Of a stretch of 64,000 nt of DNA, positions 28,514 through 39,900 are shown piece by piece (position 1 is the first letter of the stretch; each line of letters begins with the position of its first letter). The notes under the pieces were generated by a model that saw nothing but the letters and a program-made list of their open reading frames with translations, ran no database searches and was not told the DNA's origin. The stretch spans positions 4,464,001 to 4,528,000 of the forward strand of contig NC_043020.1 of the NCBI RefSeq assembly GCF_006345805.1. Reading direction: 5' to 3'. Origin of the DNA: Octopus sinensis. Lineage: Eukaryota. Made by a program: the position numbers and the translations under genes.

Positions 28514-31500
28514 CTGTCCCTTATTTCAGCAATACTCCAGTAACCCAACAGCCAACTGGAAATGTAAAGACACTGCCATTTATCTTGTCACATCTTTGGT
28601 GTCAAAAGGTCAAACACAAAAGGTAAACTACTACTTCTACCTATGTTCTATTTCGTTTTCATCTGTTGCTTGTGTAGGTCAGTATATTGATATGTTTAGA
28701 CTATAATTTTAGCAGTTCACCTCACTGAGATGTCTGGTGATGCCCCTTGTAGGTGCTTGGCTGTTCCAATGCCCTGCTCTCATTATCACCAGCTCTAATG
28801 CCACAAGTGTATTGACTTGCTTCAGTAGGTTCCGTTGAGCCTACTCTGGTCTGTGACTTATCAATGTACTTAATGTTGAATCAATATTTTTTCTTTCTTC
28901 CTCTTTTTCTTCTTTTTTTTTTTTACTCTTTTTTTTCCTTTGCTCATGATTGTGTTTTCTTTGGTTTTGTATTTATGTGGATTATTTATATAATTAAGTA
29001 TGTGTAGCTTTTATGTATGAGAATAAAAATTCCTTATTGTATTTTGAATCTATGTATATATTGTGTGTCAACTGTGCTTGATTGTGTACATGTGTTTAGG
29101 CTGTGCAATTTTGAGTCTATATTTAGTGGTGTGCTTTATACTGTACAGTTTTGAATGCGAATAGTGTACAGATGTGTTTAGATTGTATCAGTATTTGTAA
29201 ATTACTGAAGTCATGTGATCTCTGACATATTTTTCAGCATGGAATCACACAGACAAGTTCTTTGGTAAACATCACAGATTTCTATCAGACTTATATATTA
29301 ACAGACTTACAGTCTGCTGATGGTGAGTGGATATTTCGTATCATTATTCCTTCTCTTGTCCTTTCTTTCTCTTTTGTTTCTGTTTGACTTTGAGTCATCC
29401 CTTGTTGTTAATTAGGCTTCGGGTCAGCATTGGAAGCCCAGAGAAGGGTGATGATGAGCTGGTTTTCTGCTTTTGAATTCACCTTAAAAATGTTGGATGG
29501 TTCATCAAGCAAACTATGTCCAATCCACTTGTGATATAATATGTTGTTGTGTAGCCCCAGTTCAATCCTAAATCAGGAGTTGATGTACAGGTCTATTGCT
29601 CCAAAGATAGCATGCCTCAGTCTTATGTTAGTTTCTTATATTGAGCTCTTGTCATCTCCACCTTATTATTGTCACGGTTTTTATGTAAATTCAGGTCAGC
29701 TCTAATTAGGTAGACCTGAGATATATGAATATTCTGTTGAATAATTCTTCAACCTAGCTGGCACCAACACCTGCACTTAGCTGGCACACCACTCCTTATT
29801 ATTATCTAGTTGATATTCACACTTCTACTTGGCTGGCAGCCATACATGCACTCTGACATGCTATAGTGAAATGTATGGAATACAGTATGACAATATACTC
29901 CTGTTGTACTCTCTCCATTGTCTAGTCTGTCTCTGTATATCAACAGATTCTGGCAGGAATAGGTAGGGTGGTATCAAAGTGTAATGGTTACTCTTTCCTT
30001 GCACTTACTATTGGTACTGTGCATCTGAGCACAGTGTTTAGAAGTTAAAGAGGCGTAATACTTCAGTTATTTCTATGTGTATATCAATTTCTTTTGATGC
30101 TTGTCTGGGCTGAGTGAGAGATGCTACTGTTGTAATAGTGTGTTGGGGCGTTGAGAATGCATATGGATGTTTGGTGATAGATTTTCTTGTAGAGAAAAAG
30201 GACTGTGGGAACCGAAGCATGCCATGGCAACAATCTCTGCTCCTTGCATGTCTAGACCGTCTTTCTTTTGAGTATTTTCATTTAGCTAGTGGTTCGTGAT
30301 GATACAAAGTGAGCTGTTTTAGGTTTATTTATTTACTTTTGTTTAGTCTCTGACCAATCTGGATTAATCAAGACTGAGATTCAAGACATTTCAGCCATGA
30401 CAGTTTCATTTTTTTCTTAAATTCAGACTACATTGGGTAATGTATCCGAACCTTTCTTTAAAGATAGTAGTGAGTTGAGGAATTTGGTTGCTATTTCTTG
30501 TAAGTCAAGCAACCATCTTTAGCCTCTGTGGTTTTCTTTACATTTTCTTGAAATATTTAAATTGAAGGAGTTCTAAATGTTATTATATTTACTTACTCCT
30601 AACAACATTAGTAAAAACAAATCATCACTGTAACTGCCACCACCACCATCACTATCATCATTATTGCTTTTCTTATGTTTCCTTTTTCTATGCTGGTATG
30701 GGTTGGGAGAATATTCTACAATTGTCATGTCTTTGCATTGTTGAACTACCAAGCTGTGAGGCATTTTGTTTAAACAGGATATAAACAATGTCACTGCATC
30801 CAAGTGTTCATCTATCTGTCTGTCTATCTAATTGCTCTGTGTCTCTATCTCTTTCAGTCAACACTCAAAGTATCCTCAAAGCTGATGCCCTCAAATATGT
30901 TATGATTTTCCGAACACAGGTAAGTCTCATATACAAATATGAGTGAAGTTTTATTTTGCTGGTATCTGTATGTATGAAATCAGTGGTTCCCAGGTTAGAG
31001 ATGGTTATAATTCTGAAAGGTCACAAAAGCAAAATATAAAAGTCCCAGCAAAGTCAAAAGTAACATGGTGGTTGACATGATGGTGACGACTAAGTGACTG
31101 GTTTGGAAAACTTAGAAGGAAGGTGATAGTAGGGAGTTTTACCAAATAGAAGGGCAGCTAGGTGATTGGTGTACTTTGTTAAAGGTGAGGCAGAAAGCAA
31201 GAGATTTGTCATGTCCTGTAATGTGAAGATAAGAGGAAAAAAGTGTTGAGGATTGTGAAGCAGTGAGAGAACTGAAATGTCATTGGTACCTTCATTATGA
31301 TGAAGACAAGAAAGTGGTGTGGAAGTGCCATTATGATACCTGATTAATTTACTAATACTGGGCTGAGTAAGTTAATCTGGTATCTAAAAGTTCAGGATAA
31401 ACAATTTAATTTGGAATGGAATATTCCCTCTATTTCTTTACCTTATGACAAAGGTAAATTTTTTTGCTCTCTTTGTAATGGTGAAATGTTTTTTATCCTA

Positions 31501-33923
31501 TTCTCAAAGAATCCCCTTGTAAACAGGTTTATAGAATGCATTTATCATTGCCAACATTGGCAGAAACATACCTTTAGTTCCTATAAGTGATTTCTAATAT
31601 TCTATAGAATTTGAACTTTGACTGTCCTCTTACATTGCACTTCCACTAAATATATCTACTTCCATGCCTTTAAGCTTTATTCTGATTCACCTATCACTCT
31701 ATATCTCCCCACTATTAGCTTTCTGCTAATTTCTTTCTTTCTCCTCCTCTTTCTATAGACTACCTTTGACGTTATATCTACTAACAGTTTAAAAAAAAAA
31801 AAACTTGATAGTGTTCCCTTCATCATATATGCAGTCATAGCATTCTGTTTAAATGTCTTATTGATGTGTTTGGTTTCTTTCTTTCCCTGATGACAAGATT
31901 GCATTGTTTTACACCATTTTATTCCTTCTGGAATAATACCAATGTTGTCTTCGAAACATATATTGGAAGTAAAAGAATTTAAATAACACCTGCGTTTAAC
32001 TCCATTTATTTATCTATCTATATTATGCAAAACATTTCACCTTAACCTGGATTTTCTACTTTTATAAATAGGTTGTTATATCCTTGTTACTTGTGTGAAT
32101 TTTTGCTACTCTGGTAACTGTTTATTTATGTTATTGTGTTGCATTTGTTAAATAATTATAAACCGTAACCCTCCCCCTTTCGGAGAAGGGGCTTTGGTTA
32201 TTGTTTTAAAATTGAATTGTGTCCCTGTTTGGGGAAATTGACAATATTTTCAACGTCTTTACGGAAGCATTTTTGTTAAAATGCCTTCGATAGAAGAAAG
32301 TCCAAAAATGAATTTCGCTGCAGCCGTACACTTCTATACAAGAGGGAGGACAAGATCCAATTGATTGAAATTGCAAGACACGGGCCTACAATTCCAGTCT
32401 GTTATATATTTTGAGTATTGTTATCACTTGCGATATCAAGATATAACTTTCTATTTTGTATTTTATGTGTAGATGTATATATATATATAGATGTACATGT
32501 AATATGTACACATATATATATACACACATATATACATGCATAATATATCTACCCATACACACACACACACACACATACATAGGGGCAGGTGTGGCTGTGT
32601 GGTAACAAACTACGTTCGAAGATACTGTACTTGACATGGGCGGTAGTGCCTTGCCAGTCTATGGCCTACCTTCAACAAACCAGGAAGGCACAAACACTCT
32701 GTCTTCACATTTGCTGCGTGAGACATGTTTTAATGTTGACGAGCTTGCCGAGTACATAGCCGACAATGAGCCAAAGCTCCTTCCAGAACAGAAGTTCGCT
32801 TACAACTCCGTTGTTAATTCAGTCCGGGCCAAAGCTGTGAGGATATTTTTCCTGGACGCTCCTGGGGGCACTGGGAAAACTTTTCTCAACAAATCAATAT
32901 TGGCTGAGACATTGCCACAAGACATTGCCCTAGCTGTGGCATCATCTGGAATTGCGGCTACTTTGTTGCCAGGCGGCAGGAGAGCTCACTCCATTTTCAA
33001 GCTTCCGCTTGACTTAGCGAAGACTGAGACACCAACTTGCAACATCAGTAACAGCTCCGATCAGGCAGAAGTCTTCAGACAATGCAAGCTTATCGTTTGG
33101 GATGAATGCACGATGGCCCACAGAGGTGCTCTTGAGACACTAGATAGATCTCTCAGAGACATCAAACACTCTTCAGCTCCCATGGGAGGCATAACACTTC
33201 TTTCAGGGGACTTCCGACAAACACTTCCCGTTATTCCCAAAAGGACTAGAACTGATGCAGTAAGTGCATGTCTTAAGTCATCCACATTGTGGCCACTGGT
33301 GAAGACTCTCAAACTTCACACCAATATGCGTGCTCATATGTGACGTAATATCACATCAGCAGCATTTTCTCACACCCTCCTTGCACTTGGCGAAGGCAAA
33401 ATACCAGGAGATGAAAATGGTAATATTGCCATCGATTCCATTTGTACCATTGTTAAAATGCCTTCTGATTTCAGAGACGCAGTGTTCCCAGATCTACAAG
33501 CTAATTATCAGAATATGGATTGGATTGGCCAAAAGGCTATACTGGCCCCGAGGAATAAAACTGTTCACCATATTAATGATGAAATGCTAAAACTCATTCC
33601 TGGGGATGTCTATGTATATAAGTCTATCGATACAACTCCTGACCCAGAGGACGTCATCAACTATCCAATAGAGGTACTCAATTCCTTTGAGCCCCCCCGG
33701 ACTACCACCACACATTCTCAAACTTAAAGTTGGTGCCCCTATAATGCTCATTAGAAATTTGGTTCCCCCAAAACAATGCAATGGCACACGTTTGATCGTT
33801 AAGTCCTTATCTCCCACCGTAAACTTATATCAATATTTGCCTGAATAATCATCATAATTCAATGCAATCATTAACAGTACTTTCAAGCAATTCAGCCCCG
33901 AGCATCGCCGGGCAATTCTGCTA

Positions 33924-33974
<51 letters not shown>

Positions 33975-36900
33975 CACACACAAGTGCACATACACTCACA
34001 TGCACACACACACACACACAATAAATTTTAACTACATTATACTTATTGAGTGCATCTGTTGTTGTTGCAGTTACAAAGGGAGGCACTCATTGCTTGTATC
34101 CCCCATATCATTCGACATATGGCAGCTGAAAGCCCTGTGGTGCATACTTATGCTGCACATTGTATTGAACGGCTGCTGACTGTAAAGAATGCCCAGAATA
34201 CTGCTATGCAAGTAGTCATTTGTTATTTCTTCTTAATTATCTTCTTATAAACCTACCACTGTTCCTGCATCTACTATTTCAATTGTATTTCATGTATCTT
34301 ATTTCTTTTTATTTTTTTATTATTGTTCTTTGTGTGCTTGTTTTCAAAAATTTCTCCTCGTATAAGTCTTTAGTTTTTTTACAGGTTGATTGTAGGAGCC
34401 ATCTGTTTCTCTTTATGAGTCTGAGTAAAGTGATAGAGAAGATCATTGAAAATGAAAGTGTTTGTTGTTGGTGTATTTCATTTGTAGAGCAGAACAAATG
34501 AAAACACTATTGAGTATTATTGTTTGTATGTATGACATTATAGAGAGTATTTTATGTATGGGGAATGTTCACAAGTATGAAAGTATGTGTTCCATGTTAT
34601 TGTTAACTTGTATGGAATAACAGTACTTCATGTTATACATCTCTTAAACGTCAAGACAACTCCTAACTACTCCATGTCAGGACAAAAACTACTCAGTGTT
34701 ATTTGTTCAATAAACTGTGCTAATATCCCTCCATGCATTGTCTGAACATAACATGAATATATTCTGTTCTTGCAGGATTGGCACTGCTGACATTCAACAA
34801 TTTGGAAGTGACCTTCTATTGAATCTCTTTAACATTCTCAATTTTTCTACATCTTCAGAGAATGAGTATGCCATGAAAGGTAACTTTTTAATGTTTGAAA
34901 TTCCACATTATTCTAACCATTTTCATCAGCTTTGACTACTTTTAAAGCCAATTGGTTTACTTCTGTTTATATATACCTGAAATTTTGAAGAGTTAGCAAA
35001 TTTGTTTAAGCATTGTCAAAAAAAAAAAGAATAAATAAAATGCCTTGTAGTATTTGTTCTGGGTCTTACATTCTGAATACCAGTCTTGGTGAGGTTAATA
35101 TTGCCTTTCAATTCTTCCAAGGTCAATAAAATTCAATAGCAATCATGTACTGGAGATAGATGGTATATACAACCCACTACTGCCAAAATTTCTGGCCTTG
35201 TATCTAAATCAGAAATAACTGCTGCAGCAGCAGTGGTGGACACAGTCCTCATTATCATCGTTTAATGTCTGCCTTCTGTGCTAGTATGGGTGGGACAGTT
35301 TCACAAGAGCTGGCCAGGCAGAAGCCTGCACCAGACTTCTGTGACTGTTTTGGCAGGATTTTTACAGCTGGGTGCCCTTCCTATAATGCCAGCCACTCAA
35401 CATAGTGGTTGATTATATATTTAGTGTCAGACAAAATGTCTTCTAGTATTTGTTCCTAGTTCAAAACCTCTTCAATAAAATAAAATATCATTCAAGTCCT
35501 GGAATCGGTTTAATAGACTCACACTCTCCCCATCTAACTGCTGGCCTTGTGCCTAAATCAAAAACAGTCTCAGAGTTGTACAGTGTCAGAGCATTGAAAC
35601 AAAAATAGCTTTTAGCCTTTCATCCAACTCTTTAGGTTGTGAGTTCAAAACCTACGGTCAACTTTTCCTTTCCGTTCCTCTCTCTCTCTCTCTCTGTATG
35701 CATATACATGTATATATCCCCCTTGTTATCATCATTATCATTTAATGTCCATTTTCCATGTTAGCTGGGTTGGACAATTTGAGAGGATCCGGTGAGCCAC
35801 AGGGCTGTGTCATGTTCGATATTAGCTATGGCATAGTTACTACGATCGGATTCTATTTCTAACACCAGCCATTCTACAGTGTGTATTGGGTGCTTTTTTT
35901 GTACCAGTGGTACTAGTGGGGCTGCCAAGTAACTTGCAAGACAGGAAATATCAAGAAAAAAGAAAAGTCCCCTCTACTAAATATGTGTGTGTGTGTGTGT
36001 GTGTGGGATGGTATTTGATAGGGTGGTGAAGCACAAACAGTCTTGATATAGAGAAGATACATGGCTACTCAGTATTTATATAAAGATGGGAGTATCCAGG
36101 GAAAGGTAAGATGGTAGTAATGAGGGTGCTGAAGCAAAAATCTGGCTCAGATCTGTGCGGTGGGAGGGGACGTAATTATAAGAGTCTGAAAGGAGAGTTG
36201 CTGATGCCTAGAGATGGGGTTAGAGGTGAATGCAGGAGGGTATAATGAACAAGATAGGAGTGGCTCAGGGATGATGGTTCAGGAGTTCCATGATGAGCAA
36301 AGAATAAGAGTGGCAGGGAGGGGGAGTTAGAGGAGCATATGGAGTAGCTGTAGTAAGTGGGCACTGGGAATGATAGCTGATATGTGGCTGTGTACTCGTA
36401 TACAATTTAACAAATTTATTTACGTAGCAGAATGCATCTAATAAAAAAATCTCATTAACAGGTGAGACAAAGGTGAATACAGGTGTGTAACATACTGAAA
36501 ATTAATATGTATTTCTCACTTTCACATGCCAACCTTGTCTGGCACCTGTGCCGGTGGCACGTAAAAAGCACCCACTACACTCATGGAGTGGTTGGCGTTA
36601 GGAAGGGCATCCAGCTGTAGAAACATTGCCAGATCAGACTAGGCCTGGTGCAGCCTTCTGGCTTCCCAGACCCCAGTTGCACCGTCCAACCCATGCCAGC
36701 ATGGAAAGCAGACGCTAAACGATGATGATGATGATGATAATATACTTTCAAAATTATATAGTTATGACATATTTCTGTCATGAAACTGTCCAAAGCACCC
36801 TTTACACAAGGGCACTTTGCAAAAGGAACACATATATGAAATGTCAATCTGATACACTTTTGCAGTGAACACTGTCTGCAAACTTTTTTCCTTCTGTTTA

Positions 36901-39900
36901 TCTATTCAACTTTATGAAAGTCAATGTTTTCTCTGTTGACATCCACCTCAGTTAATTTTGCTTTGCTCCCAGTTCTGTGCTTTCTAGAAGAAAAGCCCTC
37001 ATGTAACTGAGATGCGATGTCAACCCAAAATTTCAAGTGGTTGTAGTCCTTTGGTGGCGGAGGTACCTTATGGCTTATTACATATACAATATGTGAATTT
37101 ACAATAGTTAAATTAACTAAAAGTCACAAAATGTACCTCCACCATTTCCTCCCAGGTTGACCAACTGGGTAATGAGCCTGATATTGGTCAGATTTATCAA
37201 CCCCACCCATATATTTGTTATAAAAAATATTCACTAGGGGTTTCCCCTCAGTGCCAACACCAGGTTGTTCATTAGAAGACAGAAATAAAATCTATCTTTT
37301 GTCTTTGAAAGCAGTAACTAAAACACTTTCTTTTTGTATTTGTAAAATGTCCCCTTTTTTTAAAAATTTTGTTTTCATTTCATGGTGTAAGCCCTTTATG
37401 GTTTCCCGTAACAGTACTGCACGTATAAGCACTTGCATGGGCAAGATTTTCTGTCAAAGCCACTGAAGAAAAAAAATGGTCAAAATAGAGGTGTTGGTGC
37501 TGATGGTGAAATGGTTCAGTAAGAGACCATACAACATCATATCCCAATCCATATGGTCTGTTTCTATTATATTTTTTACCTGTGTAAACATCGAAGTTTA
37601 CACAATATCCAGTCTCTGCTTCACAAACTTCCCATACCTTGATCCCCCATTTAGTACGTTTGGCAGGCATGTACTGCTAAAAATGTACTCTGCCCTTATA
37701 GCCTATCATGGCTTCATCTACACTGAGATTTTTCTCAGGTAGATACACAGTTTTATAATTATTAACAAGAAAATCAATTACAGGACATACTTTATACAGG
37801 TGATCGTAGTTTGGGTCGTTTTTGCAGGGATCATTAGCAGAATCAGTTAAATGCAAATACTGAGATATTTTCGAATACCATGTCTTTGACATTATACTTG
37901 AGATATATGGATTGCCATACCTTATGTCCAGACTCCAGTAGTTCCACAGTCGAAGAAGCTGTTTAACACCAAACATAATATTAATTGTGAAAAAGGCTCT
38001 CATTTCCGCAGTATAAGTTGCCATAGTGGATCGTCTCTTCCACGAATAGAAATTAAACGTTGCATATATTTGTTTGTTTCCTCTGCAACATTTTCAAAAA
38101 AACTTTCTGGTAGATACAAAAATAGATAGTCCAGTGGTCGAGCATCAGGAGGTAAATTGTGTTGTGGACCAGGAATAGTGATTGGTGTTGTAAACATGTT
38201 GCCATGTTTACGATATCATTTTCATCACTTTTGTCTCAAAATCTTCCTCGTTTGACGAATAAGCGCTAATATCAATATTAGATTTTCATTTATATTTTCT
38301 ATATCGTCAAGAGTAAAACCTTCAAAGTCGGAATCGCTACTTGCTGACGCCATTTCTTTAACAACTAAAGTACACACTTCACTGCAAATGTTGAAAAAAA
38401 ACCATGTGGTTTAAACAATTTCACAGTATTTATACTTGAATAAAGGTGGGAAAGGCTTCATCTCACATTATCTCAAAGCTATGAGAATTGAATAACGTGA
38501 TTTGTTTTTTTTTTTTAGTGATTTCGTAGAGCAATCGGATACGACCTGCTTGAACAAATAAAGGGGAATTATTTTAGCCAGTTATAGCCACTTTGAACAC
38601 TAAAGGGTTAAAGTTGCAGTTGAGAAAAAATTAACTGACGTGGTGAACTTGAAGCTGTCACAGTATTAGAAAAGAATTACCTGTATTTTCATTTGCATGG
38701 GTATCAAAATGCTGACATCATGACCGCTGCTCAATCCCCTGTAAATGCTGTAAGACATGACATGATCAGCTGCAATGGGGTCTACAAAGCTGTAGCCAAC
38801 AGGAAGGGTCATAGCAGGCATGTATCATCAGTGAGAATAATGTCATGTCATCCAAAACTTTTGAACAGAGACTTGAGCTCAATTAAGAGTGGTGCTATGT
38901 GAAGCTGCTGGAGACTGTGGTCAAACCCTGGCTGTAGAGGGTTGCTGTTGAAAGGCTCTATATATGTAAGAGCAGGATTTAGCTCCTTGCCATACTTTTG
39001 GAAAGGGCTAGAAGTGGTTGTTGGAGGAATTTCTACAACTTCACCAGCCCTAATTTCTGGCCTTCTAATTCTGTGGATTGCTGTGTAGAGCACAGTTGAG
39101 AAAGACACCAACCACTGTGCTTGCAATACCAATATTGAGGTGGTGTTTGAAGATCTTCCCTGGAATTCATTGAGGAATGCGTCCATGAGGTTCCAGAGCT
39201 GTTTTAAGGTTATGTGGAAGCTGAGGGTAGCTACTTTGCATATACTGTTATCTTCCAGCCATAATCTAGTTGATGTTTTTTTTGTTGTTTTAAAATATTT
39301 TAAGTTTTGCATGGGATATTGTGTTTTCTTCAGTGCCTCTCCATCTTATGTGTATCCTCTTCTAAACAGAACAAAAGGAGAAACATGAGATGGAGAGTCG
39401 CTGAAGAGGTCACAGGAAGTGTGACAAAAGATTTCCAAAGGACATAAAATGTTTTCTTTTATGTAAACCGTCAAATTTAGCTCAAACAATGTGTATGTTT
39501 GTGTGTCTTCTTTATATGTCCATTTATTTGTTTCTCTCTCTCTTATATATACCTGTGTCTTGCTGTCTAACCATCCCTCTATCATGTATATCCCCTCTGT
39601 TGACCTAGCATTCACTCATCACCAAATTTCTATTACTTGATAATCTTGAGCATAGATTCACTGTAATATGTCCCCCCTCCTACCTATCTTTCCAGCTATC
39701 ATGAGATGCCTGTCGGCCCTGAACGATAGTGTTATGCCATTGATACCCATGGTCCTTGGGAAACTCACTCAGAAACTACTTGATGTCAGTAAGGTTAGTG
39801 ACTGTTTTCACATTTGTTGTTGATGCTAATGTTGTTTTTGATACTACCATTGTTGTTGTCTATACTCCAGGTCAAAAAGCTTATGACCATCCTACCTCTG

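Noticed and set aside
31633-31645. CATTGCACTT resembling the miR-25/92 5' end
   Set aside because: Match limited to about 10 nt, no hairpin, and lies in a Penelope remnant.
32636-33343. Possible host PIF1 helicase gene
   Set aside because: Intronless, frameshifted, and ends in a Helitron hairpin-CTAG terminus.
37380-38197. Possible domesticated PGBD gene
   Set aside because: Multiple stops and frameshifts and a TTAA-CCC terminus indicate a dead transposon.
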